Below, piece after piece: positions 11,501-20,100 of a DNA stretch of 53,711 nt. Location: IMG/VR virus record IMGVR_UViG_3300014050_000031, positions 1-53,711 of that record. The stretch is one strand, 5' to 3'. The notes beneath the pieces are model-generated. The model searched no databases. It saw only the letters and a program-made list of their open reading frames with translations, and was not told where the DNA came from. Numbering within the stretch: position 1 is the stretch's first letter; every line of letters starts with the position of its first letter. The stretch comes from a virus. Taxonomy: Duplodnaviria > Caudoviricetes. The position numbers and the translations under genes were made by a program.

Positions 11501-14500
11501 GTTACTTGCCCTTCTTGGCGCCCTTCTTCTTGAGGAAGGCGGGAAGAGGCTTCTCCTTCATCACCTCTTTCTTGGGTGACATTGGTTTCTTGCCGTACAT
11601 CTTGTTCGGTTTGAGGTTGAACTCCGGCAGCTTCGGGTGCCGTTCCCGTTTCCCCGAGATTAGGGAAAATCTTTTTCACTTGTTCCACAGGAACAACGCG
11701 CTGTATTGTTCGTATAAAAGCGCCTTCAGGTACTGTGCCTATTTGCCTTTGAGATTCTGCAATAGCAATATCCAACGCTAAATCATTCCAGCCCATTGTT
11801 TCGCCCTGAGTAGACTTTGCTCCGGGAACGAAAGTGTTGTCAAGCTGTATCTCTTCGCCGGTTTTAGCATCACGCAATACGACGCCCATAAACCTTCCGG
11901 CATCGTCAAATACCGAAGACACATACTCCATATTTGAAAACGGAGTGCTCTTTGATTCTTCTTCCGAAACGACTTGTCGACTTTCTGGAGAAGAAAGTAA
12001 CTTACCGCTAAAAGATTTTGGCGCTAATTGATATACTAGACCGCTTCTTGATTGGGTAATTGGGACTCTTCTGAGGACGACAATTCGTTTTTCTCCTGTT
12101 TTGGGGTCTGTGATTGTTGCTCCGTGGAACCTTTCTGCTGAGATTTTTTGCGGTAGCCCTGGTTTAGCAGCTCTGACAACACCTTTAACCTCGATTCCTT
12201 GTCCAGCTTGTTCAGTAATAGTAGTTGTTGCGAATTCATAGTTTAGTAGGTTGTCAATTTGTGACTCAATTAAATCGGAAAGGTTTTGCCTTTCTGCTTC
12301 AGAAAGGTTTTCGGACTCTAAGATACGGCTTTGTTCGTCAATCATCTGCTCGGCTACAGCCTCAATCTCAGCCATATCAATTTCTTCGGCATTGGTCATT
12401 CGCTGCACTAAGGGTGCAATGATGGGTTCAATCCTTTCAGAAACGGCGTTTAAGACATTTTGGTCTGATTCCGGTATCTGTAGCTCAATAGTCGGAAAGG
12501 CTTCTTCAGGAGCTTCTGTGACTGCTGGACGAGACATTTCCGCCTCGCTAAATATAGACGAAATCTCTTGGTTTATTTTGTCTATCTTGGCGGTATTCCT
12601 CTCACGTATTGCTTGAGGTGTATTCTTGTCCATCTTTGAGTTGATTGACTCAATTTCAAGCATTTTATCGGCAATCTTCCTAGCAGAAACATCATCAATG
12701 TCTTCTGGTATTTGACTGTATATGTTGCCAATCAAGGAAAGCCTATCAACATTCTTTTTGTACTGAGAGTCTTTGAACTTATCCTTGTTTTGCTCAAACA
12801 AATCAAGAGTCACTTCAACCTTGTTGTTTCTTGCCACATTATGGAACAAGTCTTCTTTAAGCCTTGATCCCGAATAAGCAAAGCCCACACCTCCCAATGG
12901 AGCCACGGCAACAAGCGTATTTACGGCTATACCAGCATAATCCTCAAGGCTCTTCTCTTCAAATTGGGGTTGTCCTTTTAATTCAGGGAACTGATTTGTG
13001 ATGGATGCATTAATGGACTCTTGAACGCCCTGGTCTAATAGCTCTTCTGCTACCTCAACCCCCGACGTTAGCGAGAAAGCCTTTAAGCCTTGAATTCCGG
13101 CCTTTATGGCGAAATCAAGACTTTTCCCTGAAGCCAATGACCTCATAGCTGCTTGAGAAAACGCCTTGCTCATTCCCATCTTGAAAAACCTGTTTATAGG
13201 AATAGCATTCTCAATAAGACCGGTCTTGGCCGCTCCTATTGCGGAAAAGATAGCCCTTGTCTGTGGGTCTATCTTTGCGCCAGCCTGCAACGCAGCCTGA
13301 TCCATTTCTGCGGCTATTTCGTCGTAGGCTAGTGCCGCTGTTCCAATTGAACCAATCGCTAGTTTGCCTAACCGTCCATAAGGAGTCATAACTGCGGCAA
13401 TAGAGGGGATCATGTTTAACCCCTGCTCAAAAACAAAACCTAAAGTGTTTGCAGACAACAACCCTCCTTCAACGAATTGACCAGCCTTGGCGTCATAGGG
13501 GGTTTTAAAAAGCGCAAGTCGCGGATCCTTGGTTGCCAATAGGTTGTCCATTAGGGATGACTTCATCTTATCCGCAATATCTGTTGCACCTAGTGCTCCG
13601 GCAAAATCGGCAAGAAGGTATCCGCCACCTCCAACAAGCCTTGAAGCAGCTAAGGATGCTTTCCCGAAGAAGTTAGCTTCATCCAGCTCTTTTGCCTGCT
13701 GTAGAACTCTTTCATTAATTTCCGCTAATCGCCCTTGCGCCTCTGGTATTCCATACTTTTTGACAGACTGCTCGTAGCCTGCATAACTTCTTTCAAAGTC
13801 GCCAAATTTTGCGTCAAAATCAGCCTGCAACCGATTAGCAAGTTCAGCGTGTTGGTTGTACTCATCTTGAAGATCCATAGCGCCGTACCAATTGGCCTTG
13901 CTAATTGCGGAATTGATATTGTCAATGGCAGCGTTTCTTTCATTTGCAAACTCGGGGTTTGATAAAGAGGCTTTTATGTCATCAAAAGAAAGAGGAGCGT
14001 CCGGATAATTCTCATTATAGTCATCAGCGGCATAGCCTTCGCTAACACGTATTGTATTTGCTAGCCTCATCCCTTCGCCGAAATCGGACTCGGATCCGAC
14101 ACCTCCTTCTTTGGCTATACTCTTGAAATAGTCCTCAATTGACTTGGAGTCCTTTATGTTTCTTGACTCTATCGTGTTTGAAAACTTTGTTGGAAGTATT
14201 TCTACGCCTCTCCCAATAACTGGTTCGCTGTCAACTTGAACAAACGGACTCTCTAGGCTTGACTCATCAATTTCGGGTCTTGCTGGTTGAACCATTTCCC
14301 CTCCTTGAAAACCAAACTGCTGAGGAATAAACGGAACTTCAACTCCGCCTCTTTCTCGCTGAAAAGCGACCCTTGTCCTTGGCAATGGAGGAGCAGACTT
14401 TAAGTCCTCCATTAAATTTCCTGTCCTTTTTGTCGGAGGAGATTCTACATTAAACTCTATTAAATCTGCTTTATCCGGATTGTCATTAACCCAGTTTTGG

Positions 14501-14589
14501 GCTAGCGTTAAGTCGTCCAAATTGGCGACATCATTTCCAAAATCCTGCCGTAATGCAGCAGCGAGTTCTTTGTATTTTATTTTTGGCAC
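5584..14589 (-). CDS. Giant internal virion/ejection (polyvalent-type) protein, 3001 aa
   Basis: Size, position after the tail genes, N-terminal Ala/Gly-rich E..EE..Q segment and a central KVLFLEEIQSDW module. No RNAP catalytic motif seen. Confidence 0.75.
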   Translation of the reverse strand: MPKIKYKELAAALRQDFGNDVANLDDLTLAQNWVNDNPDKADLIEFNVESPPTKRTGNLMEDLKSAPPLPRTRVAFQRERGGVEVPFIPQQFGFQGGEMVQPARPEIDESSLESPFVQVDSEPVIGRGVEILPTKFSNTIESRNIKDSKSIEDYFKSIAKEGGVGSESDFGEGMRLANTIRVSEGYAADDYNENYPDAPLSFDDIKASLSNPEFANERNAAIDNINSAISKANWYGAMDLQDEYNQHAELANRLQADFDAKFGDFERSYAGYEQSVKKYGIPEAQGRLAEINERVLQQAKELDEANFFGKASLAASRLVGGGGYLLADFAGALGATDIADKMKSSLMDNLLATKDPRLALFKTPYDAKAGQFVEGGLLSANTLGFVFEQGLNMIPSIAAVMTPYGRLGKLAIGSIGTAALAYDEIAAEMDQAALQAGAKIDPQTRAIFSAIGAAKTGLIENAIPINRFFKMGMSKAFSQAAMRSLASGKSLDFAIKAGIQGLKAFSLTSGVEVAEELLDQGVQESINASITNQFPELKGQPQFEEKSLEDYAGIAVNTLVAVAPLGGVGFAYSGSRLKEDLFHNVARNNKVEVTLDLFEQNKDKFKDSQYKKNVDRLSLIGNIYSQIPEDIDDVSARKIADKMLEIESINSKMDKNTPQAIRERNTAKIDKINQEISSIFSEAEMSRPAVTEAPEEAFPTIELQIPESDQNVLNAVSERIEPIIAPLVQRMTNAEEIDMAEIEAVAEQMIDEQSRILESENLSEAERQNLSDLIESQIDNLLNYEFATTTITEQAGQGIEVKGVVRAAKPGLPQKISAERFHGATITDPKTGEKRIVVLRRVPITQSRSGLVYQLAPKSFSGKLLSSPESRQVVSEEESKSTPFSNMEYVSSVFDDAGRFMGVVLRDAKTGEEIQLDNTFVPGAKSTQGETMGWNDLALDIAIAESQRQIGTVPEGAFIRTIQRVVPVEQVKKIFPNLGETGTAPEAAGVQPQTEQDVRQETNVTQERGDEGEASSRLPQEEGRQEGQVTPAVEGEAQASPTAKKKKTAQDKAEKREEEIRKRGLDRLFPINIDGTTKEGKELLKEKEAQEKAIAELDAELAALEQTPASQAAPVSADANEKLKETLKSLKAKPGGKANIDLTFGVVPITKAVWNTAIDTAILAIDAGQTIAQAVKAASDYISSQIQGDWGKGKVSQYLEDALNITQDRIRSRVSIEPLPEALEIIDGFYSVVERKVLDTLQEKQSATKWINALGKGDEVTYTGLGGWLASKKPDEQVSKREILDWMKKNRVEVKVRVMGNELKSYYDDALRLLQQQREALENEDYDAADFYQREIDKLDEAKSNEQKTRYSKDPTLQLEGEKENYQEVLVMLPSKSSSLDDTSMDLYGIPFSQLRTEFPNGYESREQRVRDVNERMIQSGEGGKQFKSLHFPEDSNILVHLRMNTRVDADGNKVLFLEEIQSDWGQKGKKEGFAKPKPTNIIAKYQGGGTNRYDVFEGDRLIRGDVYAVNEKDAIDIVTNNSFAGIPAAPFVTDTNAWTKLGLKIALKEAVKQGADKIAWTTGEQQNDRYNLKKALNYLDYWKNDNGTYGVTLGFKKPQEFIKPSELTEKELNDYFGKEIADKIILDTSSPTENNPKRLEGDDLAVGGKGMKAFYGSPTEGSLGIVGNVAKSLVKQDVGTIRINKYDDSSIRVVKYSGFRNGNAFEPVYGWHVVQDLNGDLSETIFDTKAEANEHAKSLIDGTAQYSIDITPEVKAQVEAGIPLFDESPTPKTERVTRLRSEMTSAVEKAQEKPTTQPDTQAKSVKSSAQKAAKSFSNWVKGGESRGLGIANLPEQDAERFKKFTEDVGELISALIDNGVTRASTALGMIKPYFAENGPQFSKYASRFFKDEFNLAIIDKYPNLYKKAQGLEKKLEKALTQKEKLLAKDVEEARNSIIEKIKLKLNPSSWSKGKSGILAKAKLTNESISELKLYSEIFNDESLSQMDGKELKALYNEINSIFKSGTRSQSATNKILSNHNKSLKEQSIIAISNSLGTSEKVNDYKSAEEKSKRPGVTFYIIDNESGQIQEVDRKNISEWKDFFESNSYSVIAIDTNRNTLRNKSLLGRFGKFASKLKFDHFFDTRNIVAVFSNNDESYDFFEKNFIDLIWKADFNRDELKQQIGRFDKISEKLKNAGFNIDISKKIKSIVLRIGDVYAEGTSEDGLTIGQIIDTFMMLRDPDALVRAGGEGLVNYNKEDIDSIIDYVLNDEGLMRAVSEITQAYQDFLNEQILPTLTNYGYSTISFDPKQYDKNSSFSKNAEENARAIEILNKVYSNNIPQSIPYSPLSIVGDDAMIDESIDVLSSPNKDGVMSVMSNNVISRGDGGQIIFSNVAYKYNNYMDGMIDMVTRMPLLNNAKAMFGKEQMTLIKNKYGEAGANSIKSNVQRVVTNKSSKIEAKIIGEGVANWVNRSVLGQMWFNTRAALFQPIALLNFAPLAPSIGKYFSSVKSMNWISTIKEIQSMSWVKERFGGRIFSIDARELERRTKDGQIDIFSLVDKMLKIGYTPTAVFDFLSIAIGGGPLYDSIKNERYKEYIKTMDESSARIAAQNDASFELYKATNASQQSGNNMLISNAQRNPLLRLLMSYQTASQQMMRGAILSAQLLSKGIGDPARHAYIMLQFGLISTALFTLVSRTPELVYGALGFGDDDEDKDLKKSKRQKESESKYYTELLSGFFSGFGVPGNLMFTVGIKPFITDSFDQEKYDEASAREKFNMAAEKLSDYISSGAPGLSVKFRQIGDAFESFDEGEILRGIANAGSALTGIPLARLFEIFDQFAEAATRDYNAMERMLRATDIFNKSWSEKHYQEQVLKGKIEPKTKIEKDEIQKSNIKELNSMMKDLGFRAARQTGAERDKSLDKVKRYTEYAAREYSMTQDQYEGLIKSFNKGYFTGQVPDEFLDFARLSSESKVKAIAKKINSINDLKERSNYIIRLDSANVGNDILSESEIEKVRNLLDDK

Positions 14590-14590
14590 C

Positions 14591-15832
14591 TTATTTTGTT
14601 TTACTAGAAGACCTCTTGATTAGTTCATCTACTGCAGTTCCTTTTTGGACTTGCCTTTTAGTAGGAGCCAAATTTGCTCCTTTGCTAAGAAGTAGTTGCC
14701 TAGCCCTATTCTCCTCAAGAACGACATATGCCTCTGTTTCTAAGACCTGGCCTGCAGCATCTCTTTGAGCGATTGTTGCCGGCGCCTTATTCTCAACCCA
14801 ACCAACGCCAACTGGAGCTCTGCCGACAACCTTCTTTCCAACAGCATCTTCTGGTGTTAAAATAGGCACTTTCTTCCCGTCCTTTAAATAATATGGGTAG
14901 GTTCTTACCTCGTTAATAGTTGGCTTGCCGATTAATATTTCGCCATTTACCCCAACAACAGGATTCACTAGCCCTTCCATTTGAGTAGGGGCTGATAACA
15001 TTGCATCTCCAGTAGGAATCATTAGAGGAGTTGTTGTTCCGGTTGGCTGTTTAGTGTTAAGAATTATTCTTTCACCGCTTAATACGCCTTCATAGAATTC
15101 AATAAGCGGAGAAATGTATTGTAAGGCATCCGGGTTGTCCATGTATTTTTGGTACACCTTTTTTGCCTTTTCTAGCTGAGTCCTAGTGACTGTCTTTAAT
15201 TCGTTCAAGCCGGCCGTATCTCCTCGATCAATTCTTTGATTTGATTGAGACAAAATGTAATCTCTTGTTTTTTCAAAGATATCTCCGCCCAAATCTGTCC
15301 GGATTTTTTCCTCAAGTTTTTTACGCTTACGATCTTCCTCTTGTTCTTTTAAACCACCCATTTGCATATTGTAAAGATCCTCCTGCATTTTTTGGTCCTG
15401 AATCCTTCTTTGTTCAGCCTGTTGATTTTGCGCATAGACCTTTTGGGCAGCACCCGATTGAATGTCCCTAGCCTTTTGCTGAAGCGATTGCGTCATCTTT
15501 CGAAACTCTTGGTTTAACGCAAAACTTTCAGGCGACGTCATGTCAACTTTACTTGGGTCAATACCAAGTTGAGCCGCCTTGTTGACAAATTGGTTCAATT
15601 CATCAATGCCTGCGTAAAACTGCTGTCTTACGGCATCTTCGGCCGTTGCCATCACATTGGGGTCTAGACCAAATTGCGACTCGGAAACCATGTCCATGGG
15701 TTGCTGCATGGCACCACGAGAAAGTGGGTTTGCCGTAGCGGCATTGACGCCCTGGTTCATTCTAAACACAGGCACTTGAAATCCAAACCCAGCGGTTTGC
15801 CGAGAGTTATTTGGGGTTAGTTCAACAGGCAT
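14591..15832 (-). CDS. Putative internal virion/ejection protein
   Basis: 413 aa, Q-rich and helical. Lies between the muzzle gene and the giant protein. Confidence 0.55.
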   Translation of the reverse strand: MPVELTPNNSRQTAGFGFQVPVFRMNQGVNAATANPLSRGAMQQPMDMVSESQFGLDPNVMATAEDAVRQQFYAGIDELNQFVNKAAQLGIDPSKVDMTSPESFALNQEFRKMTQSLQQKARDIQSGAAQKVYAQNQQAEQRRIQDQKMQEDLYNMQMGGLKEQEEDRKRKKLEEKIRTDLGGDIFEKTRDYILSQSNQRIDRGDTAGLNELKTVTRTQLEKAKKVYQKYMDNPDALQYISPLIEFYEGVLSGERIILNTKQPTGTTTPLMIPTGDAMLSAPTQMEGLVNPVVGVNGEILIGKPTINEVRTYPYYLKDGKKVPILTPEDAVGKKVVGRAPVGVGWVENKAPATIAQRDAAGQVLETEAYVVLEENRARQLLLSKGANLAPTKRQVQKGTAVDELIKRSSSKTK

Positions 15833-15865
15833 ATACCTTTGTTTTTTTATCTATTATTGGCGTCA

Positions 15866-16750
15866 TTATCTTTTTATACGCGAAGGCATTCTAGGCCCGA
15901 ATACGGGGACCCTCTCTGGAGATCCATACATATAGTCTGGAAATAATCTGGAATAGTAAAACTCTCCTCCCATTGGCACTCCAAACCCTCCCATCATCTC
16001 GGGTACATAGGAATACCCTGAGCTATCGGGAGTTGATAATGCATTTCGCTCGGCCTCTTCAGCCATCGCAACTGCATCGCTTTTTTCTTTCTCCGACATT
16101 TTCTTCCATGACTTATAATTGTTAATTGAAGCCATGTAATTCGGAATATCTCCGAGTATTGCGCCAAGTGATGCCCCAATATTAGAGCGCTGTTGACTGA
16201 CGTCTCCTTGCAATCCGGCTCTTTGATTCACGAAATCTTCCATAGCGAGTTGATAGACCCTCAAATTTTGATCTCTTTCTTGGGCTAACTCTTGATTACG
16301 CATGTTGACTAGCTGATCTAACTCGGCTCTGTTCCTTTGTTGAGTAGCCATGTCGCTCAAAAGTCCTCTACGCTGCTGGTCAGCAATGTTTGAACTGACG
16401 CCCTGCATGTAGGCCAATCCAGCACCACCACCCAAGTTCGCGGCAATCTGTCTTCCACGTTCAAACTGCCTTCCCGCTTGCTCATCGGCCATCCGTTGGT
16501 AACCCATTCTTGGCTGGTCAACCAATTGTTGTTGTTGAGCTATTCTTTGCGACAAAATTGGATTTGCCCTAAATTGAGGCAAAGTAGGGGCTTGCAACGA
16601 ATTGAGTTTCTCTTGGGCCCTACGACGAGCCCTATTAGACACCAATGCAGAAAGAATATTTCCTGCTATCGGAGCCCCAACCGAAAACAATGGATTTACA
16701 CCCATTCTTGACTTTAAGTTTTGTGCTAATAATTGATTAATGTCGCTCAT
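15866..16750 (-). CDS. Putative ejection (pilot-like) protein
   Basis: N-terminal hydrophobic Gly/Ala segment followed by Q/R-rich coiled coil. Synteny. Confidence 0.55.
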   Translation of the reverse strand: MSDINQLLAQNLKSRMGVNPLFSVGAPIAGNILSALVSNRARRRAQEKLNSLQAPTLPQFRANPILSQRIAQQQQLVDQPRMGYQRMADEQAGRQFERGRQIAANLGGGAGLAYMQGVSSNIADQQRRGLLSDMATQQRNRAELDQLVNMRNQELAQERDQNLRVYQLAMEDFVNQRAGLQGDVSQQRSNIGASLGAILGDIPNYMASINNYKSWKKMSEKEKSDAVAMAEEAERNALSTPDSSGYSYVPEMMGGFGVPMGGEFYYSRLFPDYMYGSPERVPVFGPRMPSRIKR

Positions 16751-16752
16751 CT

Positions 16753-17169
16753 TTATACAAATTTAAGGTATTCAGCCCTATTAGGCATAACATTTTTCCG
16801 CATATTTTGGATTTCGTTAAGGTAAGCATCTTGCCTTACCTGCGCCATAGCGTCTGAAATAGCCTTGTTTCTGTCGGCCATTTCGCTAGCGTACATCGCG
16901 TCGTAGCTCTCTTCAGCGTTCTGCTCCGCCTCCCTTGCAGCTCCGCCTCCAAATAAGCCTGCAGCAGCTCCACCAAGAGCGCCTCCGACGCTTGCCCCCA
17001 AAGTAGGCATGCCGACCAAAGACCCGGCAATGGCTCCCAATCCGGTGCCAATAGCCTGGGCCCACGGAGCAACCTTGGCCTGTTGCTCTTCTTTGGCTTT
17101 GCCTGCCATCTCCCGGACATAGTCTGTCCGGCTTGGCATCATGACGGGGTTGTATAAGCTTGGATCCAT
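16753..17169 (-). CDS. Putative ejection protein with glycine zipper
   Basis: IGTGLGAIAGSLVG..GASVGGALGGAAAGLFGG. Directly follows the muzzle gene. Confidence 0.6.
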   Translation of the reverse strand: MDPSLYNPVMMPSRTDYVREMAGKAKEEQQAKVAPWAQAIGTGLGAIAGSLVGMPTLGASVGGALGGAAAGLFGGGAAREAEQNAEESYDAMYASEMADRNKAISDAMAQVRQDAYLNEIQNMRKNVMPNRAEYLKFV

Positions 17170-20100
17170 TATCTGAAGACCTTTCTGAATTGATTGACTG
17201 CTGACCGAAGGTTTATGGCACTACCGGTATTGTTGAAGAACAGCTTTATGACATGGTAAGCACCAACAAGTCTTTTGTCGGATGTACCACGAATGATGTT
17301 TGCTGTAACCATTCCAAGACGGCTTACAATGTTGCTCGTTTGATTGCCCGTAGTGTCAGAGGCCAATGTTGATGTGTCGTTGTAAACCGTGACATTGTAC
17401 TGACTAAACAAGGATTGACTATTAATACCAACAATGTCTAGGACTTTTGGTTCATTTACATCTTTGTTAAAGACATATTCAATCTCAGCAGAAACTGCGT
17501 TTAGATGGTTGCCCGTAAGAAGGTTGAGGTAATCATTACCGCCTTTCCATTGGTTAATATGCAAGTCAAGCATATTATGGGCCTGGCTTCCGCTATGGGA
17601 TTGAAGCATGTATGTGCTTCCGTTCAAGTCAAAGATATAAAGCGGCCTGTTGCCGTACTTGCCTCCGTGTCCATTACCGTTCAAATCCCAATCCAAGTTG
17701 GACACAAAAGCGTCTAGCTTGGCGTTGTAAGTCATCCATACATTGACATCTTTATTTTCGTAGTTGTCTGCATCTCTTAAAAAGCCAATAATGTATAGGT
17801 TCTTGTCAACGCGATCGTAGGACATCTCAATGGAGTTCTCAAGCCATGGTACATTCGTCTTTGAGAACTTGGTCCTAAACTCCTCTTCCATCCTTGCAAG
17901 CGTAACAATCTTGGCTCCATCGGAGATGTTCACCAGAACACCTCGCTTGGTGTCCAAAACATAAACGCCGCTTTCCGTTGGAATCATGCAACGAATAAGC
18001 TCTACGCCATAGTTCGTTGTGAGGTATCTTGGAGGTGAGTTCTCGCTAATGTAGGTTCCACCCTGTACGGTCAACACCTCGTTGTCCTGAAGCGTCGTGA
18101 GTGACTTGTTGACATACAGTAAGGATACGGCATCGTCTTGACCAATGATAGGCTCTCCATCGTTAAGAAGAGCAATCTTGGTGACTTTGCCATAGCGCTC
18201 ATCCATGTCAAAGTAATTCAAAGCTCTAAACCTTGAGAAACCATCAACGCCTAAGTCTGCGGAACGGACATCCGAATAGATGAGTCTTGCTGGATAATTG
18301 TTGGAGATTTGAACAAGTCTGTTTTCCGAGAAGAAAGACTTGGGGAAGTTCTCAATGGAATAACCGAAGTTGTAGTTGTAGAAAGCATCAGCCTGATAAT
18401 GACCAACGGTTCCGGGTGTTGCTACGGTCAAATTGTAGTAAGGGAATCGATCTCTATCTGAATTGTAAAAAGCATTGGCCTCTCCTTCCGTGTACATTTC
18501 AATGTATTCGGGACTTGTTTTTGTTCCAGTCTTAAATACTTTTGTGCTCGTTGAATTGCAGTTGCCTTGAACATCAGCCAAAAGTCCGTATGTTCCACTT
18601 GATGTTGGCACATAATACGAAGGTACATTGTACTCATCGTTAACCTTATAGCGATACTTTGATATAAAGCAGTCGCCTCCCCACACCTCAAGAACAACCC
18701 TTTGACTGGTTCCAGTAATCGCCGAATATGCTCCCGTGTGGAAATATTCTTGTATTCGGTTTGGGTCTCCATACCTTGAATCCTGCTTGCCCTCTCTTAT
18801 GTTGGCAACATACAGCGCCTGCTGAATGTCCGTTGAAGGGCTTGAGTATTGGTTAAAAGGATTATCTCCGCCAACATAAGAAAACTCTACGCCACAATCA
18901 ACATTTTCTACTGGAGCCGCGGCTTTACCAGAAACAATTGTTGGATAAGATGGTATTGCATTGGCGTTGAATGCCGGAAGTTGAGACCCAAGCCAAGTTA
19001 CATTCATTAATGGATTTCCATAGATAAGTCCATTTCTGAGTTGCTTTGTTCCGCCTGTTGGGTTGTACGTGTTTAAGTACTGAGAAAAAGCAACGCTCGC
19101 AAAAGTATTAACTCTTCCAGTATTAGTCGTGTCTCTTGGAATATACCCAAATTGTCCCGCGCTCAATGGACAGTAATTGGCCGTAATTAGATACAGCGGG
19201 TCGTCAAGAAATTGGTTTAATGAAATCGCCAAAGATCTTTGCGCCTCAATATTAGAGTTCCAAAGGGCGGTATTTGTAGAGGACATGTCAATAGACGCGT
19301 TTCTTTGCTGACTTGTCAAATCGGTTCCTGCTAATAAATAATTGACGATGCTTCTTGCCGCAGTAATTGTTGACCCAGGAGAAGAGGCTTGCTCTGATGA
19401 CCTTAAAAGTATTTTTGATTGCCCCTTCGTTATTGGTATAATTAGTTCTGTTGTTGACAAGGAGCTTAAATTCATCATTGTCCTTGTGTAATACCCATAA
19501 GGCAATCCTGTACTTGCAAGGCTTCCGGTTACATCCGCGTATTTTTGCTGACCAATGTATGATGCAGTCTGTATCCCATTTACTTGAAGAAACGACTCTT
19601 GTATTTTTCTGTTGTACGTATCAACATAGGTGCCTCCGGTGCCGGCTGAACTTTGCGTACGCATATTGATATAATTGTTCGGGTACCAATGCAATTTGTG
19701 GTCCAAACAAGAATAAACCCTTGCCTCAACGTATCCGGTTGGATACGATATAGACATTCCCCCAGATGTAACGGTTGACGTAGTTGTCGTTGGGGTTAGG
19801 GACGACAATGTGAATCCACAAACATCAACAATGTCTAAATTCAATGATATTAGCTCTGGAGTTGGTATCAATGGCGTACCCTCGGAGTTGTAGACGTAGT
19901 CAACTGATGGGGCAAAACATTTCTTCCACATCATTCTGTTCTCAGGAATGCTATTTATACTCTTGTACGCAGGAAGTTGGTATGATGGACCTCCAAACAC
20001 AGACAAGAACTCCATGCTTCTTGCCGCGCCCATTTTTAAAGACTTTGGTCCCAAATAGTCAAGTTCTCCAACTCCATTGGTTACGGTGTAGTCGTTTGAA

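Noticed and set aside
5584-14589. Virion RNA polymerase
   Set aside because: No catalytic DFDxD-type motif recognised; the DDDEDKD stretch is a low-complexity acidic run.
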